In this document: in pieces, positions 8,340 to 18,015 of the stretch | Layout: every line of letters begins with the position of its first letter | Numbering within the stretch: the stretch's first letter is position 1 | Assembly: GCA_040235515.1 (NCBI GenBank) | Contig: JBECKX010000060.1 | Span: forward strand, 1 to 28,777 | Length of the DNA stretch: 28,777 bases | From: Candidatus Zixiibacteriota bacterium | Lineage (GTDB): Bacteria > Zixibacteria > MSB-5A5 > CAIYYT01 | Direction of reading: 5' to 3' | Translations under genes and position numbers: made by a program | The notes under the pieces: generated by a model | What the model was told of the DNA's origin: nothing | Database searches by the model: none | The model's input: only the letters and a program-made list of their open reading frames with translations

Positions 8340-9587
8340 CTACCCCGTCGTGTTGGTGTGTTTTCCGAGGACCAGTGTAATATTGTGACCGCCGAAGCCG
8401 AAGGAATTGCTGATACCGACTTTGAGATCAGCCTCTTTGGCGCCGTCGGAGAGGAAATCAAGATCGCATTCGGGGTCTTGTTCGAAGATATTGATCGTCC
8501 GGTGCGCGTAGCCATGATTGAGCGAGAGAGCCGTCACCGCCGCCTCGATCGCACCGGCGCCACCGAGCATATGTCCGATCATCGACTTGGTAGAATTGAC
8601 CAGCAGCTTTTCAGCGTGCTCACCGAACACGGAACGAATCGCCTTTGTCTCCGCGATGTCGCCGAGCGGTGTCGAAGTACCGTGGGTATTGACGTAATCG
8701 ACTTCCTCGGGCCTGATTCCGGCCGAAGTCAACGCCGCCCGCATCGCACGCGCAGCACCGTTGCCGTCAGGCGCAGGCGCAGTAATGTGGTGAGCATCAG
8801 CCGACATACCCGCCCCAAGCAGGCTGGCATAGACCCTGGCGCCTCGGGCCAGAGCGTGCTCCTCCTCTTCAACCATGATGATCGCCGCACCTTCGCCCAT
8901 GACGAAACCATCGCGACCCTTGTCGAATGGCCTTGAGGCTGTGGCCGGGTCATCGTTGCGCGTGGAGAGCGCGCGTGATGAACAGAAACCGGCAAACGCC
9001 ATCTCGGTGATGGCGGCTTCCGCCCCGCCCGAAACCACGATATCGGCCTCACCGCGCGCGATAATACGTTGTGCATCCGCCAGGGCATGCGCTGAAGAGG
9101 CGCAGGCACTGACGGTGGAATAGTTTGGTCCCTTGAATCCATACTTGAGCGAAATCAGTCCGGGGACCATATCGATGATCATCATCGGGATAAAGAAGGG
9201 GCTGACCTTGCCGGGGCCCCTCTCGATGTATGTCCGGGTTTGATCTTCAAAAGTCGCGATACCGCCGATACCTGAGCCGGTGACGACACCTACGCGTTCG
9301 AGATTGACTCTGCTCAGGTCGATTCCGGAATCGGCAACCGCCATTTCTGCGGCCGCAAGCGAGTATTGCTGGACCAGATCGGAGCGGCGTAACTCCTTCT
9401 TGTCGATATACTGCAGCGGATCGAAGTTCTTGACCATGCAAGCGATCTTCGAACTGAACTGCTCGATATCGAACCGATCAACCATTCCGGCGCCGCTTCG
9501 TCCCTCTTTGATTCCTTGCCAGAATTCCTCGGTGGAATTTCCGATAGGGGAGAGTATTCCTAAGCCAGTGATTACTGCTTTCTTCAT
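8340..9587 (-). CDS. fabF: 3-oxoacyl-ACP synthase II
   Basis: Start MKKAVITGLG at 9587; VSACASS, NTHGTST, KSMIGHMLG, SNSFGFGGHN. Confidence 0.97.
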   Translation of the reverse strand: MKKAVITGLGILSPIGNSTEEFWQGIKEGRSGAGMVDRFDIEQFSSKIACMVKNFDPLQYIDKKELRRSDLVQQYSLAAAEMAVADSGIDLSRVNLERVGVVTGSGIGGIATFEDQTRTYIERGPGKVSPFFIPMMIIDMVPGLISLKYGFKGPNYSTVSACASSAHALADAQRIIARGEADIVVSGGAEAAITEMAFAGFCSSRALSTRNDDPATASRPFDKGRDGFVMGEGAAIIMVEEEEHALARGARVYASLLGAGMSADAHHITAPAPDGNGAARAMRAALTSAGIRPEEVDYVNTHGTSTPLGDIAETKAIRSVFGEHAEKLLVNSTKSMIGHMLGGAGAIEAAVTALSLNHGYAHRTINIFEQDPECDLDFLSDGAKEADLKVGISNSFGFGGHNITLVLGKHTNTTG

Positions 9588-9737
9588 AAGTGCGGACAAC
9601 AATCCATGATAAAGGTCAAAGTAACGCGATCCGAGACAAACCCTGATCAGACCCGGTGGCGGAGTCAGTGATCGTCTCAAGCGACGAGCTTACTGCAGAA
9701 CGCATAAACGAACGGCGTTTGAAACCACGCTGATCTG

Positions 9738-9980
9738 TTATGCGGTCTCCTGCTTGTGCTCTTTGATGTAATTGATCGCATCGCCGACAGTCTGAATCTT
9801 CTCGGCATCCTCATCCTTGATTTCCAGATCGAATGCATCCTCGAGCGCCATCACCAACTCGACGGTGTCGAGCGAGTCGGCTCCAAGATCATCCACGAAC
9901 TTGGCGTTCGGGGTGACCGCGTCCGCGTCAGCGTTCAGCTGGTCTACGATGATTTCCTTAACCTTGGCTTCGATATCCAT
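9738..9980 (-). CDS. acpP: Acyl carrier protein
   Basis: [17 protein letters not shown] phosphopantetheine motif; GGAGG ribosome-binding site. Confidence 0.98.
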   Translation of the reverse strand: MDIEAKVKEIIVDQLNADADAVTPNAKFVDDLGADSLDTVELVMALEDAFDLEIKDEDAEKIQTVGDAINYIKEHKQETA

Positions 9981-10072
9981 GGGAAAAATCCTCCAATGAT
10001 TTGAGAATCAATCTATTCACTAAAGTTGTTATTCGAACTCAGTTCTTTCCGCAATTCCTGAATTGCAGAAAC

Positions 10073-10810
10073 TCACATCAGTAACCCACCGCAAACCGGA
10101 AGCACCTGTCCGGTAACGTACGCTGAATCGTCGGATGCCAGGAAGGCAACGACGTTTGCAACATCTGCAGGCAGGCCCGCTCGTTTCATCGGAATGTTAT
10201 TCAGGAAAGACTCTTTGGCGCTATCTGACAGCTCTTCTGTCATGTCGGTCTGGATATATCCGGGAGCGATCGCGTTGACCGTAATCCCGCGCCCGGCAAG
10301 CTCCTTGGCGCTGCTCTTGGTCAAGCCAATCAGACCAGCCTTGGATGCCGAATAGTTGCTCTGTCCGAAGTTGCCCATCAGTCCGACGACCGACGAGATA
10401 TTTACAATCTTCCCGGAACGGGCTTTCATCATCACCTTGGCCGCGGCCTGCGTCATCAAAAAGGCGCCTTTGAGGTTAATCGCCAGTACCTTATCCCAGT
10501 CAGCCGCACTGAGGCGGATCAGCAATGAATCACGGGTAATTCCGGCGTTATTCACCAGAACATCAACCGAGCCAAACACTTCCGCCGCCCTGGCGACCGC
10601 AGCACCGGCATCCTCTTCCGAGGTCACGTCGCAATGCTGGTAAACGACCTCGCCGCGATCGGAGAGATCTTTCACGGTTGCCGCCCCAACATCGTCGAGG
10701 ACATCCGCGATCAGTACCTTCGCCCCACCATCAAGGAATCTTTCAACTATTGCGCGACCAATCCCCCTGGCTCCACCCGTTACGATTGCTGTTTTGCCCG
10801 TAAAAGTCAA
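10073..10810 (-). CDS. fabG: 3-oxoacyl-ACP reductase
   Basis: TGGARGIG, NNAGITRD, YSASK; position in the fab cluster; TTG start overlapping the fabD stop. Confidence 0.97.
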   Translation of the reverse strand: MTFTGKTAIVTGGARGIGRAIVERFLDGGAKVLIADVLDDVGAATVKDLSDRGEVVYQHCDVTSEEDAGAAVARAAEVFGSVDVLVNNAGITRDSLLIRLSAADWDKVLAINLKGAFLMTQAAAKVMMKARSGKIVNISSVVGLMGNFGQSNYSASKAGLIGLTKSSAKELAGRGITVNAIAPGYIQTDMTEELSDSAKESFLNNIPMKRAGLPADVANVVAFLASDDSAYVTGQVLPVCGGLLM

Positions 10811-11763
10811 ACTACCTCCATAATTTTCTCGGCAACCAAATCAAAGTCAGGCAGTTTGTCAAGATTCATGATTTCAACATCTGAGAGGGTCCGCTTCACC
10901 AAACCGGAGAGGACTTTGCCGGGGCCGATCTCTACCACCCGCGTTACAGCGTTGTTCTTCAGCGTCTCAAGGGTATCCGTCCAGAGCACCGGCGCGGTAA
11001 TCTGATCGACCAGCAACTTCTTGATTTTCGCCGGATCACTCTCCGGCTGGGCGGTCACATTGGCAACAACCGGAAACTGTGCCGGCGAGAATTCCAACTG
11101 ATCGAGTGTGATCTGCAATTTGGCGCCGGCGCTGGCCATCAATGGAGAGTGGAACGCGCCTCCTACCGGAAGCAGCATAGCGCGCTTGGCGCCCATTTCC
11201 CTGGCAACCTCGCACGCCTGTTCGACCGTCGCGTAGTCTCCTGAGATGGCGATCTGGTTGCCGGAATTGAAGTTAGCGGGAACACAGATCCCATGCGGCT
11301 TCATCTTGTCGGTCAATTCCAGCACCTGATCTCGCTCAAGGCCTATAATCGCCGCCATCGTGCCGCGATTCTCATCGCACGCCGCCTGCATCGCTTTGCA
11401 GCGGGTATTGACGGCTTTGATAGCATCCTCATGCGACAAAACACCCGCACTCGCCAGAGCCGAGTATTCGCCAAGCGAATGTCCGGCTGCGAAGTCGGGT
11501 GTGGCGCCGCCACCGTCCTTGCTAAGCTCCGCAAGCGCGCTCAGCCAGGCAAGCGAGTGAACCAGTATTGCCGGTTGAGTAACGACAGTCTCTTTGAGTT
11601 TCTCCTCGGGCCCGTTGAACGAGACCTCTGCCAGGTCGTAACCGAGAATCTCCGAGGCAGTCGCATAGAGCTGCTTGACCGAGTCGAACCTCTCATAGAG
11701 GTCCTGCCCCATGCCGACGTATTGCGATCCCTGACCGGGAAACAAGTATGCGGTTTTGCTCAT
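10807..11763 (-). CDS. fabD: Malonyl-CoA:ACP transacylase
   Basis: FPGQGSQ, GHSLGEY, GGAFHS, EIGPGKVL. Confidence 0.98.
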   Translation of the reverse strand: MSKTAYLFPGQGSQYVGMGQDLYERFDSVKQLYATASEILGYDLAEVSFNGPEEKLKETVVTQPAILVHSLAWLSALAELSKDGGGATPDFAAGHSLGEYSALASAGVLSHEDAIKAVNTRCKAMQAACDENRGTMAAIIGLERDQVLELTDKMKPHGICVPANFNSGNQIAISGDYATVEQACEVAREMGAKRAMLLPVGGAFHSPLMASAGAKLQITLDQLEFSPAQFPVVANVTAQPESDPAKIKKLLVDQITAPVLWTDTLETLKNNAVTRVVEIGPGKVLSGLVKRTLSDVEIMNLDKLPDFDLVAEKIMEVV

Positions 11764-11822
11764 AAGTTAAGTGCTTTCTCTACTAAACGCTATAGCCTGA
11801 GTGCTGACTGCCCGAATCGCGG

Positions 11823-12830
11823 TTAGAGCCTGATGAGTGTGGCGCCCCAGACAAGGCCACCGCCAAATGACACCATCAGGACCAGATCACCCTGCTCGAG
11901 CAGACCCTGCTCGCGAGCTTCCACCATTGCGATTGGAATCGAGGCTGCCGACGTGTTGCCATATTCCTGTATATTGACGAAGACTTTCTCTTCAGGAAGT
12001 TGCAGCCGCTTACGGAGGGCGTCGATGATTCTTATATTGGCCTGGTGAGGGATAACGAGCTTCAGTTCCTCCGGAGAAACTCCGGCATCCTCCAGCACTT
12101 TGATCGCCGATTCCTGCATGTAGCGGACGGCGTGACGGAAGATCTCTGAGCCGTTCATATAGATCCCCTGCGACCCGTTGCCGAGCGTCTCGTGGGTCAC
12201 CGGGTTTCTGGAGCCACCAGACTTGACATACAGCAGTTCCTCGTGGCGCCCATCTGAACCGATGTGCGAGGCTAGTATCCCGCGTGTCGGATCATTCCCG
12301 GCCTTGATCACGACCGCGCCCGCCCCATCACCAAAGAGTACGCAGGTCGTACGATCCTGATAGTTCGTGATGCTGCTGAGGGTCTCCGATCCGAGCACGA
12401 GCACATTCTTGTACATCCCGGCTCTGATAAATGCCAGGGCGTTTTCCATTCCATAGATGAACCCGACGCAGGCGGCATTCAGATCGAATGCTGCCGCATT
12501 GACGGCGCCGAGATGTCGCTGCACGATCACCGCGGCGGAGGGCGTTTTCATATCGGGGGTGCAGGTACCGATCATGATCAGGTCAAGCTCTGCCGGATCC
12601 ATCCTGGCATCCGCAAGCGCCTGCCTGGCTGCCTTGATACACATATCCGAGGTTGCTTCACCGGAGTCGCCAACCACGTGACGTCGTTTGATTCCGGTTC
12701 GGCTCGTGATCCATTCATCGGTGGTATCCACCATTTTTTCAAAATCGGCATTGGTCAGGACTTTCTCCGGCACGTAAGCACCAAGCCCGACGACTTCAGC
12801 GGATATTGAGTTGCCGTTGGCCATATTCAT
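11823..12830 (-). CDS. fabH: 3-oxoacyl-ACP synthase III
   Basis: Cys-His-Asn triad motifs AACVGF, PHQAN, GNTSAAS; LFGDGAGA. Start may be 12830 or 12824. Confidence 0.97.
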   Translation of the reverse strand: MNMANGNSISAEVVGLGAYVPEKVLTNADFEKMVDTTDEWITSRTGIKRRHVVGDSGEATSDMCIKAARQALADARMDPAELDLIMIGTCTPDMKTPSAAVIVQRHLGAVNAAAFDLNAACVGFIYGMENALAFIRAGMYKNVLVLGSETLSSITNYQDRTTCVLFGDGAGAVVIKAGNDPTRGILASHIGSDGRHEELLYVKSGGSRNPVTHETLGNGSQGIYMNGSEIFRHAVRYMQESAIKVLEDAGVSPEELKLVIPHQANIRIIDALRKRLQLPEEKVFVNIQEYGNTSAASIPIAMVEAREQGLLEQGDLVLMVSFGGGLVWGATLIRL

Positions 12831-12838
12831 TTTGCTCT

Positions 12839-13870
12839 CTAACTTTCAATTGCCCCACTGGGGGTCCGCTCGATCCGTCTGCGAATGTGACTGCGCACAT
12901 CTGTCTTAATCATCTCCGCCGCCACGCGTATCGCATTCTTGATGGCAATAGCCGAGGACTTGCCGTGGCTGACGACGCAGTTGCCATCCACGCCCAGCAG
13001 GGGGGCGCCGCCGTACTCGGCATAGTCAAACGACTTGCGCATCCTGCGCAGGAACGGTCCCATCAAGATCGCGCCGGTTTTGGAAAAAATGTTCGAGCTG
13101 ATCTGCTTTCTGATGCGGGTCTCAAGGAATGTCTTTACCGACTCGGCGAACTTCAGCAGGATATTCCCGACGAAGCCGTCGCAGATGATAACATCGCATG
13201 AGCCGGTCATAATATCGCGTCCTTCAACGTTTCCCACAAAATTAAATGTCCCCTGCTGCATCAGCCCATGGCTGGAAAGCGTCAGGTCGTTGCCCTTGGT
13301 GGACTCCTCTCCGATCGAAAGCAATCCAACTCGCGGAGAGGCTACCTTGAGGATATCCTCGGCGTACGAAGCACCCATCTGCGCGAACTGGAAAATGTTC
13401 TCCGGCTTGACATCCACGTTAGCCCCGACATCCAGCAGCAGCGTGGTCTTCTCCAGCATGTTGGGGAACAACCCCGCGATCGCGGGTCGGTTCACACCGG
13501 CGATCCGCCCCAGGGTCAACACCGAATTGGCCATGAAGGCCCCGGTATTACCGGCGGAAACAACCGCCTGGGCTTCGCCATCCTTCTGCATCCTGACGGC
13601 GATCGCCATCGAGGATTGCTTGCGCCTGATTGCATCGGTTGCCGGCATATGCATGTCGACCGCTTCCGGTGCATGACGTATCTCGATCAGCAGCGAATCG
13701 ATTTCTGTCTCCTGGGAGAGATGCTCCTTGAGCACCTCTTCATCTCCCACGAGCACAATCTTGAATTCGGATTTGTCTGCGCGCTCTCGCAGGAATGCCA
13801 CCGACCCCTGAACCAGGGGTAGCGGTCCCAGGTCAGCGCCCATGCAATCGACGGCAATCGTGATTGTCAA
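12839..13870 (-). CDS. plsX: Phosphate acyltransferase
   Basis: IAVDCMGAD, VSAGNTGA, LDVGAN, CDGFVGN, GGAPLLG, SHGKS. Confidence 0.97.
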   Translation of the reverse strand: MTITIAVDCMGADLGPLPLVQGSVAFLRERADKSEFKIVLVGDEEVLKEHLSQETEIDSLLIEIRHAPEAVDMHMPATDAIRRKQSSMAIAVRMQKDGEAQAVVSAGNTGAFMANSVLTLGRIAGVNRPAIAGLFPNMLEKTTLLLDVGANVDVKPENIFQFAQMGASYAEDILKVASPRVGLLSIGEESTKGNDLTLSSHGLMQQGTFNFVGNVEGRDIMTGSCDVIICDGFVGNILLKFAESVKTFLETRIRKQISSNIFSKTGAILMGPFLRRMRKSFDYAEYGGAPLLGVDGNCVVSHGKSSAIAIKNAIRVAAEMIKTDVRSHIRRRIERTPSGAIES

Positions 13871-13879
13871 GGCGTTACC

Positions 13880-14062
13880 TTAAAATTCCTTGCCTTCCGT
13901 AACCTGTGAACCGCGATAGTATCCACAGGCGGGACAGATATGGTGGATTACTTTTTTCTCGCCGCAGTTTTCGCAGTCGATCATACTCGGCACGGTGGCC
14001 TTGTAGTGCGTGCGGCGTTTGCGTCCGCGTTGACGTGAGTGTCTTCTCTTGGGAAGTGGCAT
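13880..14062 (-). CDS. rpmF: 50S ribosomal protein L32 (zinc-ribbon form)
   Basis: MPLPKRRHSRQRGRKRRTH, CENC...CPACGYY. Confidence 0.97.
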   Translation of the reverse strand: MPLPKRRHSRQRGRKRRTHYKATVPSMIDCENCGEKKVIHHICPACGYYRGSQVTEGKEF

Positions 14063-14156
14063 GAGTTACTTTCTCTCTTACTCTACTGATACTCTCTATT
14101 GCCGTTCCTCTCAGCGGGAACAGCGATCAGGTAAACAACCTGTTGTGAATTAACTT

Positions 14157-14184
14157 TCGATCAATTCCGATCGATCAATTCCGA
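14157..14184. repeat. Exact 14-bp tandem duplication TCGATCAATTCCGA x2
   Basis: Copies at 14157-14170 and 14171-14184, just past the yceD stop. Confidence 0.75.
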
Positions 14185-14188
14185 TCAA

Positions 14189-14716
14189 TCAGTGCGCTTC
14201 CGGCTGCCTCTTGCTGTTCAGCTCCTTTAACGCGTCCCAGCGTGGATCGATCCGCTCTTTGTGGCAGTCGCAGTTGTTTTCGTTCAGGTTTGTGCCGCAC
14301 TGGCTGCAGAGCCCCTCGCAGTTCTCCCGACAGAGTGGCTTCATCGGTATCGAGAGCGCGATCATATCGCGCACCTGCGTCGCCAGATTGTACGCTTTGA
14401 TGCTGTCGGAGACCAGCACAAAGTCATCCTGTTCTTCGTCAGGAACCTGTTCCTCCGGAACGAGTTGCAAAACGAGGTTGAGCGGCTGGCGATAGCTTTC
14501 GTCATACTCATTCAGGCAACGGGCGCAGGTATAGCGCAGAGTGAAGCTGAGAAAACCATCGAGGAAAATCTCATTATCCACCCGTCGCACCGAGACGTCA
14601 TAAACGACATCCTTCAGCAGCCTGGCAAGATCAGAGACAACCTCGATCTCATCCGGCCCGGCACTCAGTTGGAGCTGTTTCGGCTCCGATTCTATCGCTT
14701 CCAGCACTATATCCAT
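14189..14716 (-). CDS. yceD: YceD/DUF177 family protein
   Basis: CARCL, PMKPLCRENCEGLCSQCG, DPRWDALK; conserved position upstream of rpmF. Confidence 0.93.
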   Translation of the reverse strand: MDIVLEAIESEPKQLQLSAGPDEIEVVSDLARLLKDVVYDVSVRRVDNEIFLDGFLSFTLRYTCARCLNEYDESYRQPLNLVLQLVPEEQVPDEEQDDFVLVSDSIKAYNLATQVRDMIALSIPMKPLCRENCEGLCSQCGTNLNENNCDCHKERIDPRWDALKELNSKRQPEAH

Positions 14717-14724
14717 AGCTGGTT

Positions 14725-14753
14725 ATTCTACGTTTATTGACTATTATTGTCAA
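14725..14753 (-). promoter_or_regulatory. Near-consensus sigma70 promoter of the yceD-rpmF-fab operon
   Basis: TTGACA (14753-14748), 17-nt spacer, TAGAAT (14730-14725). Confidence 0.8.
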
Positions 14754-14883
14754 GTACCGATTGGCGGCAGGCGGCACCTTGGAGCGTGCCGGCTTAGCCG
14801 CTGATCAGCACAATTGAATACGTTGTTATAACAAGCCGGGGACGAGATGTTCCCGCGGCCGGCAGAATAGAGGGAGGAGGATT

Positions 14884-15240
14884 ATGCCCAATCCGATCGT
14901 CTATCTCGAAATTGGCGCGACCAACGTTGCCCGTTCCGCTACGTTTTATGCCTACGTCTTCGGCTGGAGTTTTACCGATCCTCAGGCGCAGGGCTATACG
15001 ACATTCACGACCGGCACCCAGGGGATTGGCGGCGGGATCTACCGCACCGATGCCATTCACGGGGTGGGAGCCGTGATCGCCTACATTCAGGTGGCAGACA
15101 TCGAGGCGACCTGCGCACAGATCAAGCATCAGGGGGGCCAGGTATTGGTGGCCAGGAAAGAGATCCCGGGTGGCGGCTGGTTCGCGCACTTCCTCGATTC
15201 TGAAGGAAACAAGCTGGGATTGTTTACGCCGAAGGGGTGA
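14884..15240 (+). CDS. VOC (glyoxalase/bleomycin resistance) family protein
   Basis: NPIVYLEI, FYAYVFGW, YIQVADIE, GGWFAHFLDSEGNKLGL; GGAGGAGG ribosome-binding site. Confidence 0.92.
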   Translation: MPNPIVYLEIGATNVARSATFYAYVFGWSFTDPQAQGYTTFTTGTQGIGGGIYRTDAIHGVGAVIAYIQVADIEATCAQIKHQGGQVLVARKEIPGGGWFAHFLDSEGNKLGLFTPKG

Positions 15241-15261
15241 GCGGGGGTGCCACGGATTAGT

Positions 15262-15857
15262 GTAGGGGCGAATGGCATTCGCCCCTACGGTGTCTGTATG
15301 TCCGAACCCCTGCGGTTCGGACCCGGAGTTATCATGTTACGGTTTGTGTGCCCAACTCCGAGTCCCCTCGCCCTCTTGAGGGAGAGGGGCTAGGGGTGAG
15401 GGTGCTTTACTGAGGCAGGAGCCGCAGAGAAGACTAAGCCCGCCCGTTGGGTGGGAGACCTGCAGTGGTTCGCTGTGCAGGCCCGGGTTCGCAGTGGATT
15501 CCCGCCTGCGCGGGAATGACGCTCCCATTCGGTCGCGGTTGTTGTCATGCCCCAAGAGGGCATGACCTACGTTGCTCGTTCTGGGGAGATGTGAGTGGCT
15601 CCGACCCCCCTCGCCCTCTTGAGGGAGAGGGGCCGGGGGTGAGGGTGCCTTGTGGCGGTGGGCGTAGCATGCTGCGCCCCTACGAAAGACGTCATGCCCC
15701 AAGAGGGCATGACCTACGTTGCTCGTTCTGGGGAACTGTGAGTGACTCCGACTCCCCTCGCCCTCTTGAGGGAGAGGGGCCGGGGGTGAGGGTGCTTTGT
15801 GGCGGTTGGCGCAGCATGCTGCGCCCCTACGAAAGACGTCACGCCCCAAGAGGGCAT
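15262..15857. repeat. Mosaic REP-like palindrome array including a 147-bp tandem duplication
   Basis: GTAGGGGCGAATG-G-CATTCGCCCCTAC (15262-15288); GTCCGAACC-N5-GGTTCGGAC (15300-15322); three copies of CCCCTCGCCCTCTTGAGGGAGAGGGGCyrGGGGTGAGGG; ATTCCC-N8-GGGAAT (15498-15517); repeat units 15544-15690 and 15691-15837 plus a partial third unit 15838-15857. Confidence 0.9.
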
Positions 15858-15865
15858 CAGCTACT

Positions 15866-17062
15866 TCACCCGACCAACTCCATCGTATCAAGTGCGATTA
15901 CGAGTTCTTCATTCGCGGGTACGGCGGCAACCTTGACGCGCGATGAATCGGTGCTGATGATCGCTTCCTTGCTGACGGCGGCCTTGTTCTTTGCGTCGTC
16001 CAACTCGATGCCGAGGAATTCCAGGCCCGATACACAATTTGTGCGAACCTCGGCCGAGTTCTCGCCGATACCGGCAGTAAACACGACCGCATCAAGTCCA
16101 CCCATCGCCGCGGCGTAGGCGCCGATATATTTCTTCACGCGATAGCAGTAGATATCAAACGCCAGCTGTGCCCGCTTGTTACCCTCATCCTTCGCCTCTA
16201 TCACTTCCCGCATGTCGGAAGAGACACCGCTCACACCGATCAATCCGGAATGCTTGTTCAGCATCGTGTTAGCTTCATGCAACGACAACTCCTCGCGGCC
16301 AATCATGTGGAGGATAATCGCCGGGTCGATATCGCCGCAGCGGGTTCCCATCATCAGGCCTTCAAGCGGCGTGAAACCCATCGTTGTATCGACGGAGATG
16401 CCATTCTTCACTGCAGACATCGAAGCGCCATTGCCGAGATGACAGGTGATGATTTTCAGCTCTTCGCGCGTCTTGCCCAACATCTCCGCCGCACGCTTCG
16501 ACACGAAGTGATGGTTCATGCCATGAAAGCCATAACGGCGTATCTGGTATTTCTTGTAGAGGACATAGGGCACAGGATAGATGTAGGCATGCTCCGGCAT
16601 CCGGTAGTGGAACGCAGTATCGAACACCGCGACATTCGGCACATCAGGCAGGTTGCGCATCGCAGCCCTGATACCGGTGATGTTATGCGGATTATGGAGT
16701 GGGGCCAGGTCGATCAGGTTGCGTAGCTCGATCATGATTTCATCATCGATCAGCGCCGACTGGGTGAAGCGTTCACCTCCATGCACAACGCGATGCCCCA
16801 CCGCCTTGATCTCGGAGCGGTCCTTGATGACACCATGATTGGGAGAGAGCAAAATCGCAATGACGTGCTCGATCGCCACGATATGGTCGAGCATCTCGGC
16901 TGAGATCGTGATCTCCTCGCGGTCATGCGGCTTATGTTTCAGCACTGCGCCCGACATGCCGATGCGGGAGACGGTCCCCTTGGCGAGGCAGAGACGGTTA
17001 TCCATCTCGAAGAGCTGATACTTCACCGAGGAGGAACCGCAGTTAAGCACCAATATTTTCAT
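15866..17062 (-). CDS. ackA: Acetate kinase
   Basis: MKILVLNCGSSSVKYQL start at 17062; GHRVVHGG, APLHNP, CHLGNGAS, TPLEGL, FTAGIGEN, NEEL. Confidence 0.96.
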   Translation of the reverse strand: MKILVLNCGSSSVKYQLFEMDNRLCLAKGTVSRIGMSGAVLKHKPHDREEITISAEMLDHIVAIEHVIAILLSPNHGVIKDRSEIKAVGHRVVHGGERFTQSALIDDEIMIELRNLIDLAPLHNPHNITGIRAAMRNLPDVPNVAVFDTAFHYRMPEHAYIYPVPYVLYKKYQIRRYGFHGMNHHFVSKRAAEMLGKTREELKIITCHLGNGASMSAVKNGISVDTTMGFTPLEGLMMGTRCGDIDPAIILHMIGREELSLHEANTMLNKHSGLIGVSGVSSDMREVIEAKDEGNKRAQLAFDIYCYRVKKYIGAYAAAMGGLDAVVFTAGIGENSAEVRTNCVSGLEFLGIELDDAKNKAAVSKEAIISTDSSRVKVAAVPANEELVIALDTMELVG

Positions 17063-17942
17063 ATTTCGCCTCCTCGAGCTTGATGCCTTCAGAATCATAC
17101 TTGAAGAATCCCTGTCCCGTCTTCACCCCCAGGTGTCCGGCACGCACGAGCTTCCTCAGCAGTGGACATGGGTTGTACTTGTGCTCAGACAGCTCACGCA
17201 ACAGGTTTTCCATCATACTCATCACTTCATCGAGCCCCATCATATCAGCCAGCGCCAACGGACCCATATTGAAACCGAAGCCGAGCTTCATCGCAGCGTC
17301 GATATCGTCAGCGGTGGCGATACCCTCCATCAGGACATGCATCGCCTCGTTCAGGAGCGGCACGATGATACGGGTGGTAACGTAGCCCGGATACTCATTT
17401 ACCTCGATCGGCCTTTTGTTCAGGCGCGAGGCGAATTCGCGGGTGTGGATCATGGTTTCATCCGATGTCCGAAGCCCGCGCACCAGCTCGACCAACGGCA
17501 CTTTGTGGACAGGGGTCAGGAAGTGCATCCCCACCACTTTATGCGGCCGTGTGGTCGCCGAGGCCAGCTCGGAGATCGAGATGGTCGAAGTGTTTGAGAT
17601 AAAAATGATCTCTGGTGGGCAGAGCTGGTCGATCGTCCCGAACAGCTTGCGCTTCTTCTCGCGGTCTTCATCGATTGCCTCGATCACGAGATCGGCGTTC
17701 TTCACGACGTCATAGTCTGTCGTAGTGCTGATGCGAGCCAGGATCGCCTTCTTCTCGGACGCCGTGATTCCCCATTTCTCGATTTCGTGGTCGAGTGAAT
17801 CAGAGAGGAATTGCCGCGAATGCTCCAGTATGTCGACACTGAGATCGCACATCGTCACTTCGGTGCCGGTTTCTGCGATTGTACGGGCAATCCCCTGCCC
17901 CATCGTGCCGGCACCAATCACAACTATCTTATTTAAAGCCAT
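17043..17942 (-). CDS. hbd: 3-hydroxybutyryl-CoA / 3-hydroxyacyl-CoA dehydrogenase
   Basis: GAGTMGQGIA, VIEAIDE, SNTST, GMHF, MGPLALAD, GHLGVKTGQGFFKY. Confidence 0.9.
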   Translation of the reverse strand: MALNKIVVIGAGTMGQGIARTIAETGTEVTMCDLSVDILEHSRQFLSDSLDHEIEKWGITASEKKAILARISTTTDYDVVKNADLVIEAIDEDREKKRKLFGTIDQLCPPEIIFISNTSTISISELASATTRPHKVVGMHFLTPVHKVPLVELVRGLRTSDETMIHTREFASRLNKRPIEVNEYPGYVTTRIIVPLLNEAMHVLMEGIATADDIDAAMKLGFGFNMGPLALADMMGLDEVMSMMENLLRELSEHKYNPCPLLRKLVRAGHLGVKTGQGFFKYDSEGIKLEEAKYENIGA

Positions 17943-18015
17943 ATTATCCTCTTTCTTTCGAGCCCAATATTAAACGATATCTGCGCAATCGTGCTGGCCC
18001 GAAACGTTTGCGGCG

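Noticed and set aside
9588..9680. 31-aa N-terminal extension of FabF in the ORF track
   Set aside because: Family similarity begins at MKKAVITG (9587); the extension looks like translated intergenic DNA.
15544..15857. Possible CRISPR array
   Set aside because: The sequences between the palindromes are themselves near-identical rather than unique spacers, the period is 147 bp, and there are no cas genes.
15337..16118. ORFs 15337..15891 (-) and 15447..16118 (+)
   Set aside because: They are translations of the REP array (PSPPAPLPQEGEG, SFPRRRES) and overlap ackA.
17063..17098. Longer ackA start
   Set aside because: It lies inside hbd; the canonical MKILVLNCGSSS begins at 17062.
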